A stretch of 64,000 nucleotides of DNA from Psammoneis japonica. Taxonomy: Eukaryota. The DNA is taken from positions 186,001 through 250,000 of the forward strand of contig QPGO01000073.1 in assembly GCA_008632985.1 (NCBI GenBank), read 5' to 3'. The position numbers were made by a program, and so were the translations under genes. The notes under the pieces are model-generated. The model made no database searches and was not told the origin of the DNA. It worked only from the letters and a program-made list of their open reading frames with translations. Shown here piece by piece: positions 24,601-36,258 of this stretch (the stretch's first letter is position 1; every line of letters starts with the position of its first letter).

Positions 24601-26213
24601 CGCGTAATGCTCGGCATCAACCCTATTCCGGGCAAGAGCCCTGCTGATGGTCTTTTCCCATCGGAACCAAAGTCCGCCAATACTACCGCAGACGATGATG
24701 ATGCTCATGGACCAGGATACGTAGCTGGGCAGTCAAAGAAAGAAAAAGGCGAAAATGCTTCTGGAGATCGTGCAATTACTAAAGCCATGCGCCGGGCTAC
24801 CATGACTGACGGAAGCGCAATCCTGTTTTCGGATCCGAGCAAGTCGCCAGAGCTTCAGGTAACAGCGACGGAAGCGTTGCTGCTAAGTGTCATTAGCTCT
24901 CAAGGCCTGCCTGTTTGGACTCCCCATTGGAATGACTTGATCGATACACGTAATGTCGACCCGGATTTGCAAGGCCCCGGTAACGAATATGCAATTAGTT
25001 GGCATGGCATGGGATTTGTCGCTGAAGCTGCTGCCGAGGTTTGGCATAACGCAGCGTTGAAGAAGCTCAAGTCAATAAAGAAACAATATGAGAAAAAGTA
25101 TGGCACAGGTCATGCCAAATCGACTCCAGAGGGCATGCGCGCTTTGCGAAAGGTTGAGGCTGCGGAACTCGCCGAGAGGCTAAAGAGACGCGCGGCCGAA
25201 ATCGCAATTGATTACAAGAAAGACCCGCTCAAGCTTGCCAAGAAATGCGTAATGCTTTTGGAAGCTCTACGTCAACGCATGGGACCGCTCATTGGCAAAC
25301 GTGGTGGCGCGGTACAAAAGAGCAAGACGGAAAACTACCTTGGGCCCAAGGTCCTCCGATGGCTCGAAAATGAGCTTGTGCGGTGGGCCAAGTCCCTCGC
25401 GATCCTGGACGCAACCGGAAAACCTCTCGCCAATACTGCCGCCGAGTTCATCGTTGGTATTCCCCGGTACCATGAGGATGATGCCTATTCTGTTGCCGCA
25501 ATCTTTGATAAGAAACTGTGTCGGGATGTCTTCTCGCAGGTAGCACAGCAATCGCGCGCCCGGTCCGTTTTCCTCAAGAACACCAAGGATGAAATCAAGG
25601 AACTCGTCGAGGTTGCGGTGGAGAAATCGTATAACTCAGGAGACAACTGGGAGGGACCAAGTTGGTGGGGAGGTGGCACGAGCGTCTCACCAATACAGCA
25701 CGATTGTGAGCTCTTGTCCGGCTTATTGGAGTTTGGCTTTAGCGGCTTTGACGAGTTTGTGGTAAGATCCGTATTTGTTTTGTGGGCATGAGTATCAGTT
25801 CATATAGTGTGGTCTGATCAATTTCTTTTCTTCTGTACTCGTAGGATTCTTTGCACGGCAATGGAGAGGGATCGAACGCTGACGTGCTAACTCGGACAAG
25901 TGCCCAAAAGAGGGCGAATCAATTGACTCGAGAGCTTAACGCCCTTGATGATACCGCAAACATGATGAAGATTATGCGCGACAAACGCAATGGCGGTGGA
26001 GGAAAGAATTCCTCGTTTGGGATCGATGCCTTTTTTGGTAACAACAACAAGGAGCACGAAGGCGAAGAAGATTCTCCCATTATCGTCTTGTCCGACTCGG
26101 AGGCCAGCACACCAAAGCCTTCTTCTCCGAGCAGCAGTTCAAAGAGGAAAGAAATCGAAATTGAAATCGACGAGGAAACGAGTTCGGCGGAGAAGAAACC
26201 GCGAACGTCGTGA
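18692..26213 (+). CDS. CHD-family chromodomain-helicase chromatin remodeller (CHD6-9-like), multi-exon
   Basis: Two chromodomains (FLCKWSDLSYLHCSWE; FLVKWGNTPYSLATYE). SNF2 motifs ILADE|[71 protein letters not shown]. GT-AG introns at 18719-18820, 19874-19960, 20195-20270, 21481-21563, 22572-22647, 23149-23238 and 25762-25844. Apparent 1-nt frameshifts near 22040 and ~22530. Confidence 0.9.
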
Positions 26214-26381
26214 ACGTTCGGATCGGTGGGTCACACACTCTACCGTAGAGTAGCTTCTACATTGCAGAGAGTACCTACTGCAGTGTAGAAATTGATAGCT
26301 TTTGTGGTTTCTATTGTAGGCATACTCTAGAGTTAGCGAACAATGAAACAACATCACATCGAGGGGACTCACACGCTGTCG

Positions 26382-27050
26382 CTAGTCCAGATTGACGGCA
26401 CAAATCGAAGACTTGAAGCGAGACTTGTTTGTATCACTGTTTTTATCAAAGCGCGTATTGAAGGAAACGTAAACCACAGTGTTCTTTTCCTTGTCGTAAA
26501 TACGCTGCACGCGTAAGGTTTTGAACAACAACGAACGCGATTCCTCAAACACCTCTTCTCCCTGTGGCCCAAGTGCAATGTTGTCAGCGATCTGAACACT
26601 CTTTGATGTCTTGGCACAACCAACCGAAGCAAAGCTTGGATCAGAAAAGAAATCTTTTTGCAGCCGCTCCGTGAGAGGTCGCTGGAAGTTGGAAATATAG
26701 AGCGTCACACCTCGCACTTTGGGGTCATCAAAGGACTCCACATTCAGCGTGTCCTTGAAGACTAGACCACTTCCCTTAATTTCTCCAATCACGCGACTCT
26801 CGGCTGCCTGAGCGACAGAATGAGGAACAACTGCGGGATGTGCTGTCGTCAATGCACCCGTTGCCAGCAAAAAGGCCATGGCTGTCGTTTTTGCCACGTG
26901 TTGAACCGACTCAACTACACCTCGTGGCTTGCCGGGAGCAGCGGGTGTGTTGGGAAGCTTGAGAGGCGAGAAGCCCAAACACACCGGAGCAAGAGCCAAA
27001 GCAAACAACAACAAGACCTTGCGGCGACCACGACGGCTAAAGAGTTCCAT
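26382..27050 (-). CDS. CreA-family protein with bipartite plastid (probably thylakoid-lumen) targeting
   Basis: SGLVFKDTLNVESFDDPKVRGVTLYIS...DPSFASVGC...SLLFKTLRVQRIYD matches CreA. The N-terminus has a signal peptide ending CLG-F, a transit-like region and a second hydrophobic stretch ending AQA. Confidence 0.8.
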   Translation of the reverse strand: MELFSRRGRRKVLLLFALALAPVCLGFSPLKLPNTPAAPGKPRGVVESVQHVAKTTAMAFLLATGALTTAHPAVVPHSVAQAAESRVIGEIKGSGLVFKDTLNVESFDDPKVRGVTLYISNFQRPLTERLQKDFFSDPSFASVGCAKTSKSVQIADNIALGPQGEEVFEESRSLLFKTLRVQRIYDKEKNTVVYVSFNTRFDKNSDTNKSRFKSSICAVNLD

Positions 27051-27345
27051 GTCTCTCGAAGTGTAGAGGTGCGCTTGATGACAGACGATGGACGACAAGG
27101 AAATGGCGATCCATAAAAAATGAGGCGTCTGGCGTCTGAACGTTGTTGACGGATCGATGTGCGCACTCGCCGCACGTGGCGCAGGCAGCAGGTCCTGCTG
27201 AATCCTGAATTCATGTGAGTCGTCTTCCGCGACCACGAGCTATACGAGCTCCATCTATCAGGTAATCGTTTCGTGTTTCGCAGCCACAAAATTCGAAAAA
27301 AATCCAAATCATCGGATTCCGACTTCTGACACAAAAAATGAGGCA

Positions 27346-28497
27346 ATGTTGTCTGTTCGGATCGGTTCGCTTTCGCGTCGCTTCTCGCGGCCTACATGGC
27401 GTCGTTTTACATCCCAATCAAAAGAGGATGACTCGGTTCCCGTCGCTGCTGCACTCATGGCAGCGGTAGCAGGTGTCGTAACCGTGTCGGGTGCTGCTGC
27501 AGTTGTGGAAAACATGACTGCACCCGAAGTCCCAAAGTTTGACTTGAATACACAACGCTTTGATCAATCGCAATTCAGTGGTCGTTTTGCACGCATGCTT
27601 TTAGCGTGTGATCCAAAGCTGCTACTCTACACCAAGGGCCAAGTGTTGGAGTATCAAGAATTAATCAAAACACGCCCAGAAGGAGTTTCGGATCGCGACT
27701 TGTGGGAGGCCCGTCGTATCGTCGAAGCGGCGCTTCATCCCGATACCGGCGAAGTCATTCCACGTCCATTTCGCATGTCGGGCTATGTGCCATATAACGG
27801 TCCCATTTGTGTCGCCATGGTGGCTTCCAAATCAACGTTACCACTCTTGTTTTGGGCGTGGGTCAATCAATCCCAAAACGCGCTGATTAACTACTTCAAC
27901 CGCAACGCTGCAAGTCCCATGTCGAATCGAACTCTGGCAATTTCCTATGCTGCCGCAGTCGGATCCGCTCTTACTGTGGCATTTGGGCTCGCCACGTTGA
28001 TTCAAAAACGCTTTGAACCGGCAAAAGCAAAGGCGTTGCTCCGATGGGTCGCATTTCCAAGTTCAGTAGCGGCCTCATCGCTCAATTGCTACATTGTAAG
28101 AAGTCCTGAAATCGACTCCGGTATTCCGCTCTTGGATGAATCCGGAAACAATGTTTTGCAAGGAGAAACCTCTCAGGAGGCGGCCAAGCGCGGGGTTCAC
28201 TCCACCACAGCGTCTCGTGCCTTGTTGCAAGCACCCGTCTACTTTGTTCCTCCCGTGCTCTTGGCCACGATTGGACCACTGCACCGTTACGTTACCTACA
28301 CGAATCCGCGTGCCCTTGTACCCGTTACGACCTTTTTGCTCTTGACGAGTTTTGGAGTGGGCTTGCCCGCGACGGTTGGGATTTTTCCGCAAATCTCGCA
28401 ACTACCGGCCCAAGACGCCGAAGCGAAATTTCAAGGCCTTGTCAATCCAGCCACAAACAAGCCCTACGAAACTTTTTATTATAACAAGGGATTGTAA
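27346..28497 (+). CDS. Sideroflexin (mitochondrial tricarboxylate/serine carrier, Mtc family)
   Basis: HPDTGEVIPRPFRMSGYVP, FWAWVNQSQNALINYFNRNA and C-terminal YYNKGL. Mitochondrial presequence-like N-terminus. Confidence 0.9.
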   Translation: MLSVRIGSLSRRFSRPTWRRFTSQSKEDDSVPVAAALMAAVAGVVTVSGAAAVVENMTAPEVPKFDLNTQRFDQSQFSGRFARMLLACDPKLLLYTKGQVLEYQELIKTRPEGVSDRDLWEARRIVEAALHPDTGEVIPRPFRMSGYVPYNGPICVAMVASKSTLPLLFWAWVNQSQNALINYFNRNAASPMSNRTLAISYAAAVGSALTVAFGLATLIQKRFEPAKAKALLRWVAFPSSVAASSLNCYIVRSPEIDSGIPLLDESGNNVLQGETSQEAAKRGVHSTTASRALLQAPVYFVPPVLLATIGPLHRYVTYTNPRALVPVTTFLLLTSFGVGLPATVGIFPQISQLPAQDAEAKFQGLVNPATNKPYETFYYNKGL

Positions 28498-29017
28498 AAA
28501 GTAGATGCCGGTATTGTAAAAGTGGGTAATAAGGCCATTTTTTCCGAATACTTGGGCTCACTGTCGTATCGATGTTGACTACTATCGGGCTCCTGGTCCA
28601 CAGGAAAGATTCACGGTTAGGCTAAAGTCCGCTACTGGTAAATGTCGTAGACATGAGTGACATGTCGCGAGATGACAAGTCCATGTATCTCCATGTACAG
28701 TAGTAGAGGGCCCTCTACTCTCTAGCTAGTACCCGTAGGGACTATCGTCTCAAGGATTGAGCGTATAGGGCCCTATGTACAGTATTGCAGACGGCCTGCG
28801 TCTGTCTCCAGCCAGTCGGGACAAACGGAATGTCTTAAACTCCACCCAAAATGTCTTCTTCAACTTTGAGTCCCGCTATCCGATGCCAAGGGCCACGGCA
28901 AACAAAATGCAGTCTCGTTTTCACTGCAGAAGAGTCTCCCCTACATTATGTATCGTTACTATGCGGACACGGCTCAAGCACAAGAGTAAATGCGAGGAAG
29001 AAGAAAAGGAGAATCAA

Positions 29018-30142
29018 ATGGGCAGAAAAATAGGAACTACCAGGAGGGAAAAAGGAGGTGGAGACGGCTCTAGAGGCTCTAGGCTGGAGTCGCTTCTTAT
29101 TTTCGTGCTTCTCACTAATCTAGCTCGGCTTCTGATGGAAAGTCGCGTTTTGTTCTCAGACTTGACCATCAACAGTTTCGTAAATGATTATCGTCTTGCT
29201 TTTCCAGTTAATACATCCGAGCCACCTGCCACCTTTAACACCAAGCTTCTCCGAAACATTTCGTTTGTGCATGTGGGCAAAGCCGGCGGTGTGACAATTC
29301 GGGACACCCTGCGGCTGCCGATAGACCAATGCAGTGACGGAAAAATGCAATATGAGGCCTCTGCTCGTGGTCTAAAAAGTGCGGTACAGTCATGCCATCA
29401 TCTTGTTGTTAAGGATTTAGAGAGTGATAATCACTTGACAACTTTCCTGTACTCAATTCGTGAACCAATTTCAAGAGCGGTTTCTGCCTTCTTATACAAC
29501 CACTACCGCAACAGCGAAAATGATGAAAAATTGCAAAAAAGGAGAGGGAGGAAAACATATGCCTTTTATCATTATTGTTTTCCAACGGTGGAAGACTTGG
29601 CGATGGCAGTTGGTGGTAACAAGAGCTATACCGTTTTGGAAAATCCAGACAATGTGACTACCGAACTCTGTCGCAAGTTGGGATTGAATGTTCTCCGCGG
29701 AGGCGGGCCCAAAATTGTGGCTCACATGCTTTCTGACTACACGTACTATGCAGCCAAGACAATGTACAAAGCAGAACCGAAGGAGGTGATGGTAATTCGG
29801 CAGGAGCATCTAAAAGAAGACATGTTTAGAATTGATCGGTGGATGGGTGGAAACCTTACAAAGTTAGTGAGAGTGGATACACATGGAAGTGAGCGTTATG
29901 AAGTGACAGGTGGGGTCTCAAAAGCGGGTGCAAAAGCGCTGTGTTGTGCTATCCATAAAGATATTGCGGTATACCAAGACATGGTCAACAGGGCCACAAA
30001 CCTACATGAAACCGAGAAAGACGAAACCATGGATGCCGCTTATCGAAGGTGTGGGATTGAGCTAAAGTACGGCAGGACACGAACGACATTCTCGTGGTCT
30101 ACGTGGTTTGATCAAGCATGCGGTAAAAATTGGTTATCGTAA
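29018..30142 (+). CDS. Type II membrane sulfotransferase-like protein
   Basis: 5'-PSB-like FVHVGKAGGVTIR and 3'-PB-like SIREPISRAVSAFLY after a signal anchor. Start Met is inferred (the ORF is open from 28775). Confidence 0.75.
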   Translation: MGRKIGTTRREKGGGDGSRGSRLESLLIFVLLTNLARLLMESRVLFSDLTINSFVNDYRLAFPVNTSEPPATFNTKLLRNISFVHVGKAGGVTIRDTLRLPIDQCSDGKMQYEASARGLKSAVQSCHHLVVKDLESDNHLTTFLYSIREPISRAVSAFLYNHYRNSENDEKLQKRRGRKTYAFYHYCFPTVEDLAMAVGGNKSYTVLENPDNVTTELCRKLGLNVLRGGGPKIVAHMLSDYTYYAAKTMYKAEPKEVMVIRQEHLKEDMFRIDRWMGGNLTKLVRVDTHGSERYEVTGGVSKAGAKALCCAIHKDIAVYQDMVNRATNLHETEKDETMDAAYRRCGIELKYGRTRTTFSWSTWFDQACGKNWLS

Positions 30143-30280
30143 GTTCAGGCATGATGGCATCGCTGTCAATTCTAAGGAAAAGCGCACGCTTTGAGTGAAA
30201 GAACGGAGGGTGAATGCTTCGAAAAGTGGATGAACAATTGTTTGTTGGAACAGAAAAGCGCAATTATAAATAACTTAATT

Positions 30281-30620
30281 TCAGACTTGTCCTTGTCGCC
30301 CTTCACACGCCACACCACAGTGTGTTAACTTTTCGTCGCAAAGATCTTTTGTCGAGCTCTTCAGGAGTTCCACAGATTCGTGCTTCTTGCCGCGGAAGAA
30401 GGACGCCCACCACAGCGGTGTTCCTCCTTTCCCACGGTTTGTTCTCTTGTTGACATTGGTCCCATTGTCAACAAGATTCTGCACAACTTCAACACTGCCA
30501 GCTCAAGCGGCCTCGTGCAAAGGTCTCCATCCGCCATTGGCATCCTCTTGATGAAGCAATGAGGCATCTCACACAAGACTGGCTCAAAGACAGCTTGGGT
30601 TCACCCCTGTTCTGGGTAAT
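30281..30620 (-). pseudogene. Ankyrin-repeat gene fragment
   Basis: Minus strand reads EDANGGWRPLHEAA*AGSVEVVQNLVDNGTNVNKRTNRGKGGTPLWWA. The internal stop is a TGA where CGA (R) is expected. Confidence 0.7.
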
Positions 30621-31830
30621 TAAAAGACTTGCTTCAGTGATGATGCTGCTTGGCTCAGATTCAAATGACACACCTTGAGCGTGGACATTGACACCAGCCA
30701 CTGATGACAAGAAGACCAATGGGGTGATGATGACACGGATGAAGAAGCTTCTGAAATTGACGACAATGCACCCAAGGAATGTGACCATTCTGGTTGGTCC
30801 CTGTCTGCTTCTGCTGCTCTCAACTGTGTGCTGAAAGTGTGGGCCAGCCGGTGCCGGCCTGGCTGGCAAAGGAGTGACACCACTTTAAACTTGGATTTGA
30901 TTTTTTCTCTGCAGGGTCCTCACAAGCCATTGGTGGCAGAACATCACTCTTTCTAAATCTTCCAGAGGCCAGCAAAAGTGATGGCAGAGTTGGTGCACCT
31001 GTCCTTTTTTTCTTCAAAGCCAGCACACTGGCTCTGGCACACTTGGCGCTCCTCAAAAGCCATGCCAGCATGCAAAAGAAGAAGCGACAGTGACGCAGTG
31101 GTGTGTTGCAAGTTTTTGGAAGAGACCTGTTCTAGATTCTGGCAAAGGGTTTGTTGTGACAGGTGCTGCTCTCTTGTTTGACAGAGCCCCTGTCCCCAGC
31201 TCAAAACAGACTCATCTTCTTTGCTCAGCACCGCTCACTGAACAAGCTTTGTGTCATCTGCTGGGGGGCGTTGTTCCTTGTGGACAAAGCTTGCACTGGC
31301 ACCAATGTTGGACAAGGCCGCTGATGACTCTCATTTGTGCTTCAATCAGTTTTGGTGCTCACAGGTTCTTGCAGCCACAGTGTGTTGATCTTGCTGCTGT
31401 GCTGCAGTGCATCTCTTTTTTGGCTTGCCATTTGAGGAGGGGGGTGCCAACAAAAGAGTGTGAGTGACACACATGTGGCACAAAGGACACAAAGAGAGGA
31501 AACATTCAAATCAGCAGAAAATTCATGTCTGGAGAGCAAATCTTCAAGCCAATGTAAGCAACACACAAAGAGGCTGCCAGCAAGGCACAGATTGGAGCTT
31601 GGAGCATGCACCCCTGCTGGCAGTGGGAGGTGTCACTCCCACATCTCGCCGGCCGGCTCTGCACTGCTTGCAGCAGACTTCTTTGCATGGAGACATGGCA
31701 AACAAAAAAGTTCACACACACACACACACATGCAGGGGCATTTTAGCTAGACTCAGCTTGAAAATAATGTGTTGTGGCCAATGGCTGCCCATGGCTCCTT
31801 TTGAGAGAGTGTTCACGCGAGTGTGATGCT
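30281..31830. repeat. TpA/CpG-depleted block D
   Basis: Few TA, mostly TTAA/CTAA/CTAG/TTAG. Tyr-poor ORFs on both strands. Confidence 0.65.
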
Positions 31831-32065
31831 TGCCTGTATGTCCTTGCTTCTCCCGTCAAAACGTGACGTCAGAGCGGCGGCAGCATCTGTCCATCGTCTG
31901 TTTTCGCGAAGCTAGTCGTAAATTCTACGCAAATCCATACCAAACCTCACATACACGATTTCCACATGGCTTCCTGGTATGGGTCACGCGACCGACACGA
32001 GCAACAACGACAACGACAAACGACACAAACACAACGAACATCATAACAACAAACAACAACAGACC

Positions 32066-32334
32066 ATGGTTCTTTTGACTGCAGCCGCCGTCACAGCCGC
32101 GGGTTATGGTGCCTATCGAGGAGGTAAGGCGCCATTGAGAGTACCAAGGAATCTCTCCAAAAACGAAAAGAACGAAAACCAATTTTGAAGGAACGAAAGG
32201 AATTCGCCAAGGATGCCAAACAGAAAAGCAAGGACCGTAAGGAGCGATTGGAAAAATTAAAAAGCATGCGTAATGAAAATAAACAACAGAAGAATAATGG
32301 GGGGTTATCGAGATTTCGACGAGGATCGAGTTAG
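32066..32334 (+). CDS. Small basic protein with N-terminal hydrophobic helix (requires a 1-nt frameshift near 32130)
   Basis: MVLLTAAAVTAAGYGAYRGGK continues in the shifted frame as AIESTKESLQKRKERK...RFRRGSS*. Preceded by a CAA-rich leader. Confidence 0.4.
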
Positions 32335-33051
32335 CAAGACGATACACACAAGGACCTCCAAAATATGCTCTGGGGATGAAACATACCGTTTTCTGTCTTG
32401 CACGCAGAAAACGCGACTGGCGGTTCCTCCCATACGATACAAACAAATGGGATGAAACTATTCATGGTTGCTTTATAACTCCAAGTATAGATCATTATAT
32501 CAAACTTCTGGTTTGTGTCTTTTACTCTAATTTGTGTTTTGTATATGGTGAAAATAAACATGCTGCGTAATTTGATGTTTGAAGCCTGCCCCTCAGTCCT
32601 ATTGACACCATGAGCTTATTACTGGGTATTGCTATGGAGGTTTGCTACTACTACTCAGACAAGCAAAACCCACGTGAGTTTTCGTAGCAACGTAAAAGTC
32701 GTTAGTTCGGCCTTGTAAAAAGCGCAATGATTATTTCCCAGTGTTGAGATTTTCAGAAACGTAACGTGCCGGTAGCTGGTAGTCTACAACACGAGAAACT
32801 CTCTACAGTATACTGAACGAGAAAAACAACAACAGAGAAACTCTCTATTGAACGGGAAAAACAACAAAAGTAGCACTATTCATAATATCAATGTAAAGAT
32901 TGGTTCTCTCTAGAGCTGTACTTGGCAGAACTAGTAGTAGAGAGAGAGAAACAATGCACGACACTACACAAACAGAGTTTAGTACCTATTACAGTACAAA
33001 CCCAGATTCCACCACCACTACTCCACCGCACTACACTATTCCACTTCTAAA

Positions 33052-34183
33052 CTACGCACGCCGATGAGGAATATACCCCTCCTCGACGTCGTAGGCTCGT
33101 TTCAAGGCCCGCCAGTCCTCCATGGTAAAGGCCACAACGGCTTGACGGTCCTTGCCGTGCTTGTTCATATTGGCAATGGCCCGCACCTTGGGTTGTCCGT
33201 CCTTTTCGACACTGATCCGGGCCGATCCCTTTTTAATCATGTAGGAAAAATAAAACATATTTTCCACCGTTTGTGTAAAGGAATGGGGATTCAACAGATA
33301 GGGAATGGCGTCGATATTGTACGACGCGCTGTCCTTTTTTAAAGCACGCATGGCTTGGGCCTGTTGGTCTTGTGGCAACGCTTCAATGGCGGCGGCCCGT
33401 TCCGCAAAGGCTTGGCGGCATTTGGCCGTGAGAGTCTTGTTGAGTACCTTGAGATTCTTTTCCACATGCGATTTCTTGGCCTTGTTTCGTGCTTCGTCTT
33501 CTTCTTCTTCTTCCTCCGGTTCTTCTTCGTCTTCGGATTCGACACGCGCCTTTTTCTGACGTTGCTTTCGTTCCTTGGGCGTATAGTCGGCCTGGAGTGG
33601 ACCGTTTAAAAAGGTCGTGTAGGGTACCGCGTTAAAACACGCTCCCGCTTCGTACGCCAACGTGTCCCACGCAAGACAGCCATTGGGCAAGCGGCATTTC
33701 TGCAACAACTTTTGTTTGAGCTTACCAGCGTCGTAGCGGGGAGTCTAAAGAAATAATAAATCACAAGCAGTAGTCAATAAAAAACTTTGCGCATACGCAG
33801 GTTCCATACAGAGCTCCATACACAAAAAGCATACAGTATACACAACACACACTCACCTGTACTAAATGATCCACTTGACGTGCAGCTCGAGCACTCATGA
33901 GATTGACATTATCCCCATCCAACACGGCTTCTCGTGTGTACTTGATCTTATCCCACAAGTGTGTCGATTGATTGCGAAGCGTACCAAAGGCTTGGTGGGA
34001 AGGATTTTGCAGCTCGACCGATTTGGAGGAAATTTCTTTTCCCAACTCTCGCAATTGACCACGAAGTTCACGTCGTTCACGATCCGTTTGACCCGACTCT
34101 TGCATGAGTTTGAAACGACCACGGGGGCGATCGTCGTCGTCATCTTGAGATGAAGGGGAAGAGCGTTTGCGGTGGGGCGTCAT
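33052..34183 (-). CDS. NSE4: Smc5/6 complex kleisin subunit Nse4; exons 34183-33857 and 33744-33052
   Basis: N-terminal RERRELR...TREAVLDGD and C-terminal LLNPHSFTQTVENMFYFSYMIKKG...QAVVAFTMEDW motifs. In-frame GT-AG intron at 33745-33856. Confidence 0.85.
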
Positions 34184-34519
34184 GGCGTGTTCTTGTTGCG
34201 TTGTGTTGTGACTGCGTTCGTTTTGTGTGAAAACATGCCGCCGCGCCAAACGGTGGATGGCGTAGGTTCTGGTACAAAGGGTACACAGAAGACCGACGCG
34301 GCTTTGGCCGGCGCGTAGAATCCTATGTGATTTATTCAGAAATTTAAGGGCGTATAAAATATTCATTTATGACTAATTTAAGTTATTTGAAATATATAAC
34401 ATTTTGGATATTGATGTTTATCAATGAAAATGCTAGCTTCACGACTATATATTTTCAATGATCCGACGTCATCTTTCGAAATTTCGTCTTGCCCACTTGG
34501 TTGCCAACACAGTGGTGAG

Positions 34520-34616
34520 CGGTTTCTTGTCCTTCTTCTTGGCAGCGTCACCAGCACAAACATGTGTGTGAAAGGGACGCGACTGTTGTGTGCAAGGCAC
34601 TGTTGTCATTGTTGAT

Positions 34617-34652
<36 letters not shown>

Positions 34653-35040
34653 TGGCTCACACACAAGCAGAAAACGGAGAGCTGCTCCTCTGCCGCAGAG
34701 AGACATGCGAGGAGGGCATTCTCTGGAAATGAATGTGCTGGATTTCTGCTTGCCATGTGATGCTCAACCATGATTTTGTGTCTTTGTTGTGTGAGCAGTG
34801 GTCTGAGCTGACTTTGTCATGCCAGAAAAGCATGTGCTCTGGTCAGCCGCAGGGCCAGCACAGCATGTGCCAGAGCAGTCGTGCCAAACCAGAGAGGGGA
34901 AGAGCCAGCCATTGCAGTGTCACAGGAGATCTGAGTCATGTGCAGTAACAGCACAGTGGATGTCTGAACAAGTCTCTGGTCTCTCTACAGTGGTTGGTGG
35001 GAGTTTGATCAGAGGTGTCAGTCGATTCTTCCAGGAACTC
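34520..35040. repeat. TpA-depleted block E with (GA)n microsatellite (~34619-34647), flanking the copia 5' LTR
   Basis: Only a couple of TA in ~500 bp; TG/CA rich. Confidence 0.6.
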
Positions 35041-35316
35041 TGACAGGATTTGAACAGGATTTGGATGCGCGCGAAGCATCGCGCGCTGTTTAGTTTACCG
35101 CGCACAGTTTTGTGTGCTTTAGTTCCGCGCGTTCACGCGCGATGCAGTTTGCTTTCGAGCCACAAGGCTCACAAGAATGACAACAGTGGCCCGATTGTGC
35201 CGACTCACACGTCTTTCGGCTCCTGTGACGGTCTCTGAGCGGAGACTCATCTGCTGTTTAGACAGCAGTGAGGAGTTGTTGTTTGAATTCTTGCCATTTG
35301 CCTTCAATTTCTGTCA
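35041..35316 (+). repeat. 5' LTR
   Basis: Starts TGACAG and ends CTGTCA. 266/276 identical to the 3' LTR by manual alignment. Confidence 0.95.
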
Positions 35317-36258
35317 GATTAACAGTCTTGCTCATTGTCAACCCATTGAGCAACCGCCATCGTCGTCGTTGATTTACCAACGACGCCACTTCAATTCTGC
35401 GTGGACCTCCGTACACATTCTACATACATCGGCAAGTCTACGCGCGTTCAACACCAGGGCATCGGCAGGAAGTTAACGTCACCGTCAAGTCTCCTTACCG
35501 CTGGATGTCTGGATTGATTGCACTGCCTTTGATTGCTGAAGACTTGCATTCAACGGTCACATCCAAGTCCATCCTTGATCATCATCCCTTGACACACCTG
35601 TTCCTCGGTTGACGGTCAAGAACCCCACATGTTCAAGGATCTTAGTCGCTGAAGACACACACACATGTGTGCACATCCTCACGGCCAAGAACCTTTATCC
35701 ACTCTTCGGACTGCGGTTTTGCTGCCACTCTGCAAGCACACCGAGTCCACAGCACCTGATCTGCCCCGGACTGCTGGTGCTCTGCAGTTCTGCTGGGTCC
35801 ACGAGGACGACTGTGAGAGCAAGCAGCCGTGATCACAGCCTGCGTTGGGGCGAGGGTGCTTTCCCGCGTTTGTTCGTTCGTCCACAGTGCCCAACGCCTG
35901 CGTCAACTGGCCAGCCTGATCGGGAAATCCAACCGACATAAAATGAGAACGGTTCGGGGGTCTTGTCCACCTCTAGTCAGCTTACCTGCAGGGGTTTACA
36001 ACCCGCCACTCCGCTCGTAAGCAACCCAAAGCGCCACTGGCTGCGGGTTCGGACGTGCCGGCACAACTCTACGGACCGGATGGGAAGTTTAGCACTTGAC
36101 AACGAATGGGATAACAAAAACCCGGCGACTTCTGATTTTAAGATAGTTCAAGATTTCAAGTCAAGTCCATTTCAAGTCAAGTCCATTCTCACCCAAGTTT
36201 CGAGTCTACCTTCGCTTCCCAACCAGAATTGATTGTCCTGACACCACTTTTGTCTACC

